The notes: a model not told the origin generated them from the letters alone. Numbered from the stretch's first letter, positions 7,729 through 18,868 are shown. The stretch is 64,000 nt of DNA from Nitrospirota bacterium (GCA_021813765.1 JAKAJM010000003.1:8883-72882); one strand, 5' to 3'. Made by a program: numbers and translations.

Positions 7729-9882
7729 TTATCTCCTGACGTTGGTCACGCCCTCAATCTGCATGAGCTTTTGCGTGACCGCGTTCAACTGCGCCCTGTC
7801 CCTGACCTCAAGCAGGAAGGATATCCTTGCCTTCTGCAGCTGGTTGGTGACCGCCTCCATGTGGTGGATATTTATGTTCAAGGAAGAAATGACCGCCGAG
7901 AGGTTGGCCACGATGCCGGGCTTGTCCACGGTGTCCACCACTATGCGTGCATAGTTCATCGCGCCTTCGCTTGATTTCCACTGAACGGAGATGAGCCTTT
8001 CCTCATCGGCCGCAAGCGTGGGGAGATTTGGGCAGCTCCGCCTGTGGATGCTTACGCCCTTGCCCCTGGTGATGAAGCCCACCAGGTTGTCTCCGGGGAT
8101 CGGATAACAGCATTTGGAGACGTGGTAGAGGATATTGCTCATGCCGGTTATCGTTATGCCTTTTTCCTCCAGCTCCCTTAGCTGCTTTTCAGGTCTGGCC
8201 GGGGCCTGCTCGTGCGGCGCACTCTCCGGGGCGATCCTGTTTGCCGCCTGGTTGACCGGCAGCTTCCCGTAGCCTACGGCAACGAGCATGTCGTCAACGC
8301 TCTGGAAGCCGAGGGCCTGGGCCGCTTCCGTCATCTGCTCTCCTTTTGGCGGGGGCAGATGGAGCCCCCTCTTGCGCATCTCCGTCTCGAGGAGCTTTGT
8401 GCCAAGCTCCAGGGATTCCTTCCGCTCCTCCGTCTTTATCCATTGCTTCACCCTGGCCTTTGCGCGTTCGGTCACCACAAAGCCCAGCCAGTCGCGGGAT
8501 GGGACATGGCTCTGCTGGGTGAGTATTTCCACCGTGTCCCCGTTGTTCAGGTGGTATTTAAGCGGCGCCATTCTTCCGTTTACCTTTGCCCCCACGCACC
8601 TGTGGCCGACCTCCGTGTGTATGCTGTAGGCGAAATCGACGGGGGTGGCCCCCAGGGGCAGCTCTTTTATGTCCCCGTTCGGGGTGAACACGTATATGGT
8701 GTCCGGCACCACCTCCGATTTCACCGCGTCCATGAACTCCTTAGGCGTCTGCCTGACGTCCTGGAGTTCCTGGATGAAGTTCCTGAGCCAGGAGATGTAC
8801 CTGTCGTCCTTGGGGTTGATGTGCCCCTTTTCCTTGTACCTCCAGTGGGCAGCTATGCCTTCCTCGGCCACCCTGTTCATCTCCTCGGTCCTTATCTGGA
8901 ACTCCACGCGCTTTCCTTCAGGGCCGATGACGGTCGTATGCAGGGACTGGTACATGTTGGACTTGGGCACGCCTATGTAGTCCTTGAACTTCCCGGCTAT
9001 CGGCTTCCACATGGAGTGCACAAGGCCCAGGATGGCGTAACAGTCCGCCTTCGTGCGGGTGATGATCCTCAGGCCAAGCACATCGTATATCTGGTCGAAG
9101 GTCACCTTTTGCCGCTGCATCTTCTGGTAGATGCCGTAATAGTGCTTTACCCTCCCTTTGACGGTGGCCGGGATGTCCTCTTCCGAAAGCCTCCGGCTGA
9201 CCATCTCTATCAGGCCCTTTATGTACCCTTCCTGCTCCTCCTTGCGCGAAGCGACCTTCTTAACCATGTCCTCGTAAAGGCTTGGCAGCATGTACTTGAA
9301 CGAGAGGTCCTCCAGTTCTACCCGGAGCCAGCCGATACCCAGGCGGTTTGCAAGCGGCGCATATATCTCGAGCGTCTCCTGAGCTATGCGCATTCGCTTC
9401 GTGCGGGGCAGGTACTGCAGGGTGCGCATGTTGTGCAGCCTGTCGGCGAACTTTATCATTATGACCCTGATGTCCTCGGCCATGGAAAGCAGCATCCTTC
9501 TGAAGTTCTCGGCCTGCGCCTCCTCCTTGGACTGAAACTGTATCTTCCCCAGCTTCGTAACGGAGTCCACAAGGAACGCAAGCTCGTAGCCGAACCGCTT
9601 CTGCAGGTCTTCCTTGATTATGGGCGTGTCTTCAAGGGTGTCATGCAGCAGGCCGGCCGCTATGCTCACCGTGTCCATCTTCATGTCCGCAAGGATGGAG
9701 GCGACGGCAAGCGGGTGCATTATGAAGGGAGAGCCTTCCTGGCGCTTCTGCTCTCCATGCGCCTCGAAGGAAAAGAAATAGGCCTTCCTTATGAACTCCA
9801 GGTCCGCCCCGGGGTTATAGGAGCGCACTTTCTCTATAAGGTCGTCTATGCCCCCGACCTCTTTTTCCCGTATTACCACCAT
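7729..9882 (-). CDS. rel: Bifunctional (p)ppGpp synthetase/hydrolase (Rel/SpoT)
   Basis: 717 aa. It has an HD hydrolase motif ('HPLAVASILA...LLHDTLEDT'), a synthetase region ('YQSLHTTV','EFQIRT'), a TGS domain ('IYVFTPNGDIKELP.GATPVDFAY') and a C-terminal ACT-like domain. Confidence 0.95.
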   Translation of the reverse strand: MVVIREKEVGGIDDLIEKVRSYNPGADLEFIRKAYFFSFEAHGEQKRQEGSPFIMHPLAVASILADMKMDTVSIAAGLLHDTLEDTPIIKEDLQKRFGYELAFLVDSVTKLGKIQFQSKEEAQAENFRRMLLSMAEDIRVIMIKFADRLHNMRTLQYLPRTKRMRIAQETLEIYAPLANRLGIGWLRVELEDLSFKYMLPSLYEDMVKKVASRKEEQEGYIKGLIEMVSRRLSEEDIPATVKGRVKHYYGIYQKMQRQKVTFDQIYDVLGLRIITRTKADCYAILGLVHSMWKPIAGKFKDYIGVPKSNMYQSLHTTVIGPEGKRVEFQIRTEEMNRVAEEGIAAHWRYKEKGHINPKDDRYISWLRNFIQELQDVRQTPKEFMDAVKSEVVPDTIYVFTPNGDIKELPLGATPVDFAYSIHTEVGHRCVGAKVNGRMAPLKYHLNNGDTVEILTQQSHVPSRDWLGFVVTERAKARVKQWIKTEERKESLELGTKLLETEMRKRGLHLPPPKGEQMTEAAQALGFQSVDDMLVAVGYGKLPVNQAANRIAPESAPHEQAPARPEKQLRELEEKGITITGMSNILYHVSKCCYPIPGDNLVGFITRGKGVSIHRRSCPNLPTLAADEERLISVQWKSSEGAMNYARIVVDTVDKPGIVANLSAVISSLNINIHHMEAVTNQLQKARISFLLEVRDRAQLNAVTQKLMQIEGVTNVRR

Positions 9883-9911
9883 TAATAATATTATAGAATT
9901 TCTGGGCCGAT

Positions 9912-11087
9912 TTACGCGTTGATTTTACAGGACGAAAGGGCGGCAAGCAGCGAATCTATATCGCCTGCGCTGTGGGCAGCGGTCACCTGCAGCCTGAGCC
10001 TAGGCGTCTTTACCGTGGGCGGCCTTATGGACGGCACGTAAAAGCCAGCATCAGAAAGCCTCCTGGAGGCGCTAACGGCCTCATTCACTCCGTTTAAGAG
10101 TACCGGGACAATAGGGGACTTGCCTGCGCAGGCTTCTCCGATGCCAGCCAGGGCAAGCTTCCCCCGTACATGCCCTATGTTCGCATGGAGCTTTTCGACC
10201 AGTGAAAGCCCCTCAGGGCGGCCAAGAATCTCAAGGGCCGCAAGCGACGCCCCCGCCACCGGGGGCGGCAGGGCAGTAGAGAAGATGAACGTCCGTGCCG
10301 TGTTTTTGAGCCATTCGATGACCTCTTTGTCCGAGGCCACGAACGCGCCGTAGGAGCCAAGCGCCTTCGAGAAGGTGCACATCTGGATGATGGCCTGCCC
10401 TCCCGGGCTTTTATTTCCCCGGTCCAGGCCGAAATGGGCAAGGCTCCCTCTTCCCTGGCCCAAAACCCCGAAGGCGTGGGCGTCGTCCACGTAGAGGTCC
10501 GCTCCGTGGCGCGCCGAAAGGCCAAAGATGGCCTCAAGCGGCGCGATGTCCCCGTCCATGCTGAAGACGGACTCGGTTACGATGAGGGCCTTTTCGTTTT
10601 TTGCCCTTTCTGATCTGAGGAGTTCCTCAAGATGCCCGGCGTCGGCATGGCGGAATATGACGGTCCTTGCCCTGCTTAACCGGCAGCCGTCTATTATGCT
10701 TGCGTGGTTCAGCTCGTCGCTGAATATGGTGCACTCCGGGCCCGCCAGGGCGGGGATTGCGCCCGTGTTGGCGTGATAGCCGGAATTAAAAAGCAGAACC
10801 GCCCCGGCCCCCGTGAATGAGGCCGCCTTTCCCTCGAGCTCCTTATGGAGGGCCGTGCCCCCAGAAAGGAGCCTGGCCGCACCGGCACCAGCCCCATAGC
10901 GTCCGGCCGCTGCGGCGGCCGCTTCGGCAAGCCTGCTGTCTCCGGCAAGCCCCAGGTAGTCATTGGAAGAGAAGTTTGCAAGGTCTTTCCCGTCAATGCA
11001 GACCGTCGGCCCCTGTCTCCCCGTCCTGTCCTTTATCTCTCTCAGGAGGTTTTTTTGCCGCAGCCCATCCAGTTTTTTTTCGAACAT
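9912..11087 (-). CDS. bioF: 8-amino-7-oxononanoate synthase (or closely related alpha-oxoamine synthase)
   Basis: 391 aa. It carries 'SNDYLGL', 'DDAHAFGVLG' and the PLP-lysine context 'TFSKALGSYGAF'. Confidence 0.85.
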   Translation of the reverse strand: MFEKKLDGLRQKNLLREIKDRTGRQGPTVCIDGKDLANFSSNDYLGLAGDSRLAEAAAAAAGRYGAGAGAARLLSGGTALHKELEGKAASFTGAGAVLLFNSGYHANTGAIPALAGPECTIFSDELNHASIIDGCRLSRARTVIFRHADAGHLEELLRSERAKNEKALIVTESVFSMDGDIAPLEAIFGLSARHGADLYVDDAHAFGVLGQGRGSLAHFGLDRGNKSPGGQAIIQMCTFSKALGSYGAFVASDKEVIEWLKNTARTFIFSTALPPPVAGASLAALEILGRPEGLSLVEKLHANIGHVRGKLALAGIGEACAGKSPIVPVLLNGVNEAVSASRRLSDAGFYVPSIRPPTVKTPRLRLQVTAAHSAGDIDSLLAALSSCKINA

Positions 11088-11148
11088 TCAGCGGTCTCCC
11101 CGGGCGGTTCTTTCCTTTATTTATAATTCTTATTTATCCATATGCGCC

Positions 11149-11178
11149 TTGACAAGGTTTTTTTTCATTTGATAGTAT
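11149..11178 (+). promoter_or_regulatory. Sigma70-like promoter for the atpF'FHAGDC operon
   Basis: TTGACA (11149-11154), an 18-nt spacer, then TAGTAT (11173-11178), about 40 nt upstream of the atpF' start. Confidence 0.45.
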
Positions 11179-11216
11179 GCTTATACTCGCTTTTGAATTC
11201 CTTAGGAGGCATTCCG

Positions 11217-11636
11217 ATGCTGCAGTTTTCACGTTGGTTTTTCGTCCTCATGCTCAATTTTCTTCTCCTGGTCTGGATACTGAACCTCATTCTTTTTCGT
11301 CCTTTCGTAAAGATATTCAGGGAGAGGCGCGACAGGGTGAACGGGGACCTCGATGCGGCAAAAAAGCTGAGCGCCAGGCGCGAGGAAGAGCTGGCCGCGA
11401 TGAAAAAGGAGTTCGAGCTTGCGAGGCTGAAGGGCAAGGAGATCTTCGAGGGGCTGAGGGCCGAGGGACTTGAAAAACAAAAACAGATACTTGCCGCAGC
11501 CCACGAGAATGCGCTTAAGCGCACAGAGAAGATAAAGGGAGAACTGGCCGCCGAGACCGAAAGGGCAAGGCGGTCGCTCAGGGACGAGGTGGAAAAATTC
11601 TCCGAAGGCATAGTCGAAAAGCTGGTCAGGACGTGA
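11217..11636 (+). CDS. atpF2: F-type ATP synthase subunit b'
   Basis: 139 aa. A single N-terminal TM ('FFVLMLNFLLLVWILNLILFRPF') is followed by a long charged helix. An AGGAGG SD lies 7 nt upstream of ATG 11217. The gene sits immediately before atpF. Confidence 0.85.
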   Translation: MLQFSRWFFVLMLNFLLLVWILNLILFRPFVKIFRERRDRVNGDLDAAKKLSARREEELAAMKKEFELARLKGKEIFEGLRAEGLEKQKQILAAAHENALKRTEKIKGELAAETERARRSLRDEVEKFSEGIVEKLVRT

Positions 11637-11637
11637 A

Positions 11638-12210
11638 ATGAAAAAGACCTTTAACACCTTTTTTGTTTTTGTTTTTTTCTTTCTTTTTCCGGCTTTCCAA
11701 GTTTTTGCGGCAGCCGGCGCGAACGCGGGGCCTGAGTGGAAGGGCTGGCTGTGGCAGATAATAAATTTTGCCGTTCTGGTTGCGGGGCTGGTGCTGGTCC
11801 TTAAAAACCCCATGAGAAACTACCTTAAGGCGCGCACCGAGGCGATCCGGAAAGGGCTCGATGACGCGCGCCAGGCCAGGGAAGCGGCGGAGGCCGCCCT
11901 GAAAGAGATACAGGAAAGGCTCAGCCGGAAGGATGCCGAGATAGAGGCCATCCTCCGCACGGCAAAACAGTCCGGGGAGGCGGAGCGCGAGGCGCTCCTG
12001 AAAGAGGCGGAGCGCATGAACCAGAACATCGCCGAGCATGTGGAAACGTACATATCGTTTGAGCTCAAGAAGGCCAGGGACGCCATAAGGAAGGAAGCGG
12101 TCATCGTGGCGCTGGAGCTGGCGGAGAAAAAACTGGAGCAGAAGATGACGCCCGAGGAGCAGAAAAAACTTGTCGCGGACGCCGTGTCGCAGCTGGAGGC
12201 CAAAAGTTGA
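11638..12210 (+). CDS. atpF: F-type ATP synthase subunit b (with extra N-terminal hydrophobic leader)
   Basis: 190 aa. A leader 'MKKTFNTFFVFVFFFLFPAFQVFAAAG' precedes the TM 'LWQIINFAVLVAGLVLVL' and a long Ala/Glu/Lys-rich helix. The start is 1 nt after the atpF' stop. Confidence 0.88.
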   Translation: MKKTFNTFFVFVFFFLFPAFQVFAAAGANAGPEWKGWLWQIINFAVLVAGLVLVLKNPMRNYLKARTEAIRKGLDDARQAREAAEAALKEIQERLSRKDAEIEAILRTAKQSGEAEREALLKEAERMNQNIAEHVETYISFELKKARDAIRKEAVIVALELAEKKLEQKMTPEEQKKLVADAVSQLEAKS

Positions 12211-12746
12211 AAAGGAACGCAAAGCTCGAAAAACAGTTCGCCAGGAAGTTTTTGAACCACGAGGGAGGGCAGTACGCCCGCGCCGTGGAGGAGATAAGGG
12301 CGGTCAGCGCTGTCATGCAGGAAAGCCCGGAGATAAGGGGTTTTCTGGAGGGGCCGCAGTTTTCTGCGCATGAAAAGAAGAGTCTGCTTGCGGAGCTGGC
12401 AAAAAAGCTGTCCCTTTCGGAAGGCACCGTCAAATTCCTTGAATACCTGGTGGAGATGGATGTGGCCGCCCTGGTCCCCGGCATCGCAAGGAGCGCGGAG
12501 TCCTTTTATATGGAATATGCGAGGCGCGCAAAGGCGGTGGCCGCCTCCGCCTCCGGGCTGGACGAGGCGTCCGCGCATAGGCTCAAGTCCGCCCTGGAGA
12601 AGATAACCGGCAGGGAAGTAGAGATGGAATACGTGAGCGACCCCTCCCTGATCGGCGGCGTCCGGGTGAAGATAGGGAGCATGATGTTTGACAGCAGCAT
12701 CAGGGGACAGTTGAGGTTACTAAAAGAAGAGCTGATAAAGGGGTGA
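12207..12746 (+). CDS. atpH: F-type ATP synthase subunit delta (OSCP)
   Basis: 179 aa. The TTG start overlaps the atpF stop (GTTGA). The C-terminal 'DPSLIGGVRVKIGSMMFDSSIRGQL' is the OSCP signature. Confidence 0.9.
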   Translation: MKRNAKLEKQFARKFLNHEGGQYARAVEEIRAVSAVMQESPEIRGFLEGPQFSAHEKKSLLAELAKKLSLSEGTVKFLEYLVEMDVAALVPGIARSAESFYMEYARRAKAVAASASGLDEASAHRLKSALEKITGREVEMEYVSDPSLIGGVRVKIGSMMFDSSIRGQLRLLKEELIKG

Positions 12747-12754
12747 GCTGAAAA

Positions 12755-14263
12755 ATGGAGATCAATGTAGATGAGATAAGCCGCTATCTGAAAAGCCAGA
12801 TAGCGGATTTCGAGAAGCGCGTCGACGTCAGCGAAGTGGGCTCGGTGGTGTCCATTGGCGACGGTATCGCGAAGGTCTACGGGCTTGACAGGTGCATGGC
12901 CTCCGAGCTTCTCGAGTTTCCAAACGGCGTGTACGGCATGGCGCTGAACCTGGAGGAGGATGCGGTCGGCGCGGTCCTTTTCGGCGAGGACACCCTTGTG
13001 CGCGAAGGCGACGTGGTAAAGCGCACGGGCAGGATCATGCAGACGGCGGTCGGCCCCGCCCTCATTGGCAGGGTCGTGAACGCCATCGGGCAGCCCATAG
13101 ACGGCAAGGGCCCGATAAGCAGCCAGCTCACGCGGCTGATAGACGTGGTCGCGCCGGGCATCGTGGACAGGCAGCCGGTGCGCGAGCCGCTTCAAACGGG
13201 CATCAAGGCCATCGATTCCATGATCCCCATAGGCAGGGGCCAGAGGGAGCTCATCATCGGAGACCGGCAGACCGGAAAGACAGCCATAGCCATCGACGCC
13301 ATCATAAACCAGAAGGGCGGGGATGTGGTCTGCATATACGTGGCCTGCGGACAGAAAAGGGCAAACGTGGCAAGGACGCAGCAGATACTCGAGGAGCACG
13401 GGGCGATGGAGCACACCATAATCGTGTCGGCGACCGCCAGCGAGCCCGCGCCGCTCCAGTTCATAGCCCCCTTCACCGGGTGCGCGATAGGGGAGCACTT
13501 CAGGGACAGCGGAAAGCACGCCCTCATAGTATATGATGACCTTAGCAAACAGGCCGCCGCGTACAGGCAGCTTTCGCTGCTGCTCAGGCGGCCGCCGGGA
13601 CGCGAGGCGTACCCCGGAGACGTTTTCTATCTTCACTCGAGGCTGCTTGAAAGGGCCGCGAAGGTATCCCCGGAACTGGGGGACGGGTCACTTACGGCGC
13701 TCCCCATAATAGAGACGCAGGCAGGCGACGTGTCCGGTTACATTCCGACCAACGTCATCTCCATTACCGACGGCCAGATATACCTGGAGCCGGAGCTTTT
13801 CTATGCCGGCGTAAGGCCGGCCGTCAACGTGGGGCTTTCGGTCAGCCGCGTGGGCGGCGCAGCCCAGACAAAGGCGATGAAGCAGGTGGCCGGCACACTC
13901 CGGCTGGACCTGGCGCAGTTCAGGGAGCTTGCCGCATTTGCGCAGTTCGGCTCCGACCTGGACAAGGCCACCCTTGCCCAGATCGAAAGGGGCAAGAGGA
14001 TGGTGGAGCTCCTGAAGCAGGGCCAGTATGGGCCTTATCCGCTTGAAGAGCAGCTTGTAGTCCTTTTTGCAGGCACCAGCGGCTATGTGGACGACGTGGC
14101 CGTGGACGCCATAAAGAGGTTCGAGGAAGACCTGCTGCGGTATTTCAGGCTGAGCAAGACGGATCTGCTTGCGGAACTCAGGGAGAAAAAGGCGATAGAC
14201 GAGGACCTCAAGAAAAAGCTCACCGAAGGCGTTGACCAGTTCAAGCAGAGCTTTGTTTCATAA
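12755..14263 (+). CDS. atpA: F-type ATP synthase subunit alpha
   Basis: 502 aa. Walker A 'GDRQTGKTA' is present, and there is high similarity throughout to F1 alpha. Confidence 0.98.
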   Translation: MEINVDEISRYLKSQIADFEKRVDVSEVGSVVSIGDGIAKVYGLDRCMASELLEFPNGVYGMALNLEEDAVGAVLFGEDTLVREGDVVKRTGRIMQTAVGPALIGRVVNAIGQPIDGKGPISSQLTRLIDVVAPGIVDRQPVREPLQTGIKAIDSMIPIGRGQRELIIGDRQTGKTAIAIDAIINQKGGDVVCIYVACGQKRANVARTQQILEEHGAMEHTIIVSATASEPAPLQFIAPFTGCAIGEHFRDSGKHALIVYDDLSKQAAAYRQLSLLLRRPPGREAYPGDVFYLHSRLLERAAKVSPELGDGSLTALPIIETQAGDVSGYIPTNVISITDGQIYLEPELFYAGVRPAVNVGLSVSRVGGAAQTKAMKQVAGTLRLDLAQFRELAAFAQFGSDLDKATLAQIERGKRMVELLKQGQYGPYPLEEQLVVLFAGTSGYVDDVAVDAIKRFEEDLLRYFRLSKTDLLAELREKKAIDEDLKKKLTEGVDQFKQSFVS

Positions 14264-14266
14264 AAG

Positions 14267-15142
14267 ATGGCGACACTGAGGGACATAAAAAGAAGGATAA
14301 AGGCGGTCAGGAACACCAGCCAGATCACCAAGGCCATGAAGATGGTGGCCGCGGCGAAGCTCAGAAAGGCCCAGGGCCGGATGCTTGAGCTCAGGCCTTA
14401 CTCTGACAAGATATACGAGGTTCTGGGCAACCTGAGCCAGACGGCAAATTCCGGGGGCCATCCGCTGCTTATGAGAAGGCCCAGGAGGGCGGTCGAGCTG
14501 CTCGTTCTGACAAGCGACAGGGGGCTTTGCGGGGCTTTCAACGCAAACGTGCTAAAGGCCGCGGCCAGATTCGAAAGGGAGCTTAGGCAGGAGGGAGTGC
14601 AGGTAAGCCTGAGCGCTGTGGGCAGGAAGGCGCGCGACTATTACAAGCGCAGGGACATTCCGCTGCGCTTTTCGCTTGCCGGAATATCCGGGAAGGCGGA
14701 CTTCAGCCATGCAAAGCAGATAGCTGCAAGCATCACCAGCGGATACAGCGGCGCGATGTTCGACGAGGTTTATCTTGTATACAACGAGTTCAGGAGCATA
14801 TTGACACAGCAGGTGAAGATGGTGAAGCTCCTGCCCTTCGAGCATGAGCAGACGGAAGTCGAGGAGGCCCCGAAAAACCCGGTAAGCTATATCTTCGAGC
14901 CATCCGCCGAAGGCCTTTACCTGACGCTGGTGCCAAAGGCCATAGAGATAAGGATATTCCGGGCGCTCCTTGAATCCCAGACCTCGGAGGAGGCATCGAG
15001 GATGACGGCGATGGAAAACGCCTCGAAGAACGCCGGGGAGATGATCCAGAGGCTTACTCTTGTTGCGAACAAGGTGAGGCAGGCCACCATCACCAGGGAG
15101 CTTATGGATATCGTGGGCGGTGTCGAGGCCATTAAGGAATGA
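14267..15142 (+). CDS. atpG: F-type ATP synthase subunit gamma
   Basis: 291 aa. It carries the N-terminal 'LRDIKRRIKAVRNTSQITKAMKMVAAAKLRKAQ' and the C-terminal 'ITRELMDIVGG'. Confidence 0.97.
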   Translation: MATLRDIKRRIKAVRNTSQITKAMKMVAAAKLRKAQGRMLELRPYSDKIYEVLGNLSQTANSGGHPLLMRRPRRAVELLVLTSDRGLCGAFNANVLKAAARFERELRQEGVQVSLSAVGRKARDYYKRRDIPLRFSLAGISGKADFSHAKQIAASITSGYSGAMFDEVYLVYNEFRSILTQQVKMVKLLPFEHEQTEVEEAPKNPVSYIFEPSAEGLYLTLVPKAIEIRIFRALLESQTSEEASRMTAMENASKNAGEMIQRLTLVANKVRQATITRELMDIVGGVEAIKE

Positions 15143-15147
15143 AATAG

Positions 15148-16614
<1,467 letters not shown>

Positions 16615-16621
16615 CGGCGGG

Positions 16622-17032
16622 ATGGCCGAAAAACTCTATCTGGACATAGTGACCCCTCACGGCAAGCTCTTCAGCGGCGAAGTGGACGAGGTGGCCGCAA
16701 GCGGCGCTGACGGCGATTTCGGCGTGCTGGCGGGCCACGCCCCCATGATGGCCATCCTGAGGATAGGCGCCTTCACCGTAAAGACGGGCGAAAAGACAGA
16801 CTACTACTTCGTGGGCAGCGGCTACGCGGAGGTGCTGAACGACAAGATGATCGTCCTTGCCGACAGCGCGGAAAGGGCCGAGGACATCGACGTAGAAAGG
16901 GCCATGGAGAAGAAAAAACGCCTGGAGCTTTTGCTTGCCAAGAAGGAAAACGTTGACTTCACGCGGGCCCAGGCCTCCCTCGAAAGGGCCATAGCCAGGA
17001 TACGCATAGCAAAGGAGTACGCCGGGAAATAA
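16622..17032 (+). CDS. atpC: F-type ATP synthase subunit epsilon
   Basis: 136 aa. It has an N-terminal beta-sandwich ('LDIVTPHGKLFSGEVDEV...GDFGVLAGHAPM') and a C-terminal helical hairpin. Confidence 0.93.
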   Translation: MAEKLYLDIVTPHGKLFSGEVDEVAASGADGDFGVLAGHAPMMAILRIGAFTVKTGEKTDYYFVGSGYAEVLNDKMIVLADSAERAEDIDVERAMEKKKRLELLLAKKENVDFTRAQASLERAIARIRIAKEYAGK

Positions 17033-17067
17033 AATCAGAAACCCGGCAGGAGGAAGAAAAAAACTTG

Positions 17068-17096
17068 AAAGGCCCTTTTCGGGGCCTTTTTGTTTG
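17068..17096 (+). terminator. Rho-independent terminator of the atp operon
   Basis: An aaaggccc / gggccttt stem is followed by TTTGTTTG, 36 nt after the atpC stop. Confidence 0.75.
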
Positions 17097-17203
17097 CGCA
17101 AGAGATTTTTGTTTTCAGAAGTTTGGTTCTTCAGGGTTTTGTGTGCGGCGGCGGCATTCGCCACGCTTTTGCACGCCAGCAGGATTCTCGGAAAATCAAA
17201 ATT

Positions 17204-17728
17204 TTAAAGGTAATCCGCCAGGACGCCGCTTGTCCTTCTCAGGCGCTCCCCCATTAGCTTTAGCATCCTCGTGAGCACTTTCAAGGCCAGCAGGGGCATC
17301 TCCGTACTCATGCGCTCGAAATCCTCCCTCCGGAACAGCAGGAATGTGGTGTCCTTCAATGCGACCGCGGAGGCAGACCTGTCCTCATCGTTAAAAAGCG
17401 ACATCTCGCCTATCATCTGCCCGGGCCCAAGCATGGCTATGGACTTGCTGTTGCCGTTTTCGTCCTTTTTTTCTATCCGCACCGTCCCCTCAAGTATAAG
17501 GCACATGAAGGACTCGACCATCCCTTCCCTGAAAAGGGCCGCCCCTTCCGGGACGCGTTTTGCGCGCATATACTTAACTATTGCCTCTATCTGCTGCCAG
17601 TCGAAATCGCTGGCCCACTGGGTCTTATCAAGCAGTTCCGCGCGCTCTTCAAGCCCGGCGTCCACGCACTCGAAGGACGTTTCGCTGTTTCTTCCTTTCT
17701 CTTTTTCCTTTTTGTACGCTCTTTCCAT
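17204..17728 (-). CDS. Stand-alone cyclic-nucleotide-binding (CAP effector) domain protein
   Basis: 174 aa. 'LFREGMVESFMCLILEGTVRI...MLGPGQMIGEMSLFNDEDRSASAVA' is the cNMP-binding beta-barrel and phosphate-binding cassette. There is no DNA-binding or other output domain. Confidence 0.85.
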   Translation of the reverse strand: MERAYKKEKEKGRNSETSFECVDAGLEERAELLDKTQWASDFDWQQIEAIVKYMRAKRVPEGAALFREGMVESFMCLILEGTVRIEKKDENGNSKSIAMLGPGQMIGEMSLFNDEDRSASAVALKDTTFLLFRREDFERMSTEMPLLALKVLTRMLKLMGERLRRTSGVLADYL

Positions 17729-17816
17729 GCGCTATTTTAACAAAAAAAGCGGCCCTGCGCGCCTTCTGATTTTTTATCGTTTGCGGAGCAAACCCCCTTT
17801 GAGGTATTATTCATTC

Positions 17817-18821
17817 ATGCTGCAGCCTTATATGACAACTGGCATAGGGAGCCTTCCGCACGAGGACGCGGAGGCGGCGGTGCAGCTTGTCCTGGAGACC
17901 TTCGACATACCGTTTTGGCCCCAGCTTCCAAAGGTCTCCTTCAGGGAGCAGATGATACCCCAGTACTCCGAAGGCCTGCCGTTCATCCGTGTAGACTCGG
18001 CAAAAAAAAGCGTGTGGGTAAACAGGAGCGGCAGCGACGAGCTGGAGAGGTTTTACGAGTCCTGCAGCGAGCAGACGCGGATAGCCATCTCGGAGAATTT
18101 CGCCGAGGGGCTCCATGCCTTTTTAAGGATGACGAAAGGCAGGCGTTTCAAGTGGCTCAAGGGCCACGTCACCGGCCCCCTTACCTTCACCCTGGGCCTC
18201 AACGATTACCAGGGCAAGCCGGTCTACTATGACGAGGAGCTGAGGGAGGTCTACCTTATGGGGCTTCAGGCCAAGGCCCGCTGGCAGATAGACGCCCTCA
18301 AGGCAAAGGCGGAAGAAGTCGTCATATTCATAGACGAGCCGATAGCGAGCGCGCTTGGCAGCACAACCTATATTACGGTGGAGCGCGAAGAGGCGCTGAG
18401 GCTCTTAAGGGCCCTTACGGGTACGATAAAAGAGCTTGGCGCGGTCCCTGGCATACATTGCTGCGGCAGGGCTGAATGGCCTCTCCTCATGGAATCGGGC
18501 GCCGGGATACTGAGCTTTGACGCTTATGAATACGGGGAGACGCTTGGCATTTACCGGGAGGAAACGGAGGCGTTCCTCAAGGGGGGCGGCGTCTTGGCCT
18601 GGGGGATCGTGCCCACAACGGACGCCATAAACAGCGAGACGGAAGAGTCCCTTTATGCACTGTTCATGAAGAGGTTCGACAAGCTGGCTTCGCTCATCCC
18701 GGCCTCCCTCCTGAAAGAAAAGATACTGCTTACGCCGTCCTGCGGCACAGGCTCCCTTTCGGAGGCCGAGACGCTGAAGGCCTTTGAGCTGCTGATCAGG
18801 CTCAAGGAAGCCCTGGCCTGA
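17817..18821 (+). CDS. MetE-catalytic-domain-like (cobalamin-independent methionine synthase family / URO-D-like) Zn-methyltransferase
   Basis: 334 aa. It has the N-terminal 'TTGIGSLPH', an 'IHCCG' (HxC) motif and a 'TPSCG' motif placed like the Zn ligands of MetE. The ORF-track entry 17271-18821 is an artefactual extension antisense to the cNMP gene. ATG 17817 has GAGG 12 nt upstream. Confidence 0.65.
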   Translation: MLQPYMTTGIGSLPHEDAEAAVQLVLETFDIPFWPQLPKVSFREQMIPQYSEGLPFIRVDSAKKSVWVNRSGSDELERFYESCSEQTRIAISENFAEGLHAFLRMTKGRRFKWLKGHVTGPLTFTLGLNDYQGKPVYYDEELREVYLMGLQAKARWQIDALKAKAEEVVIFIDEPIASALGSTTYITVEREEALRLLRALTGTIKELGAVPGIHCCGRAEWPLLMESGAGILSFDAYEYGETLGIYREETEAFLKGGGVLAWGIVPTTDAINSETEESLYALFMKRFDKLASLIPASLLKEKILLTPSCGTGSLSEAETLKAFELLIRLKEALA

Positions 18822-18868
18822 AACCATTCCCCTTTTTTGACAGGGTTTTCTTTGCGCTCCGGGCCAAA

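Noticed and set aside
8212-9885. 557-aa ORF on the plus strand
   Set aside because: It is entirely antisense to the well-supported rel/spoT gene. It has an Arg/Leu/His/Pro/Gly-rich composition typical of shadow ORFs in GC-rich coding DNA, no motifs and no SD.
12506-13636. 376-aa minus-strand ORF; similar ORFs occur at 14917-15965 and 15565-16164
   Set aside because: These are antisense shadows of atpH, atpA, atpG and atpD. They have low-complexity composition and no recognisable domains.
17271-17816. 5' part of the 516-aa track ORF 17271-18821
   Set aside because: This part is antisense to the cNMP-binding gene and is Ser-rich. The real MetE-like gene starts at ATG 17817, which has an SD.
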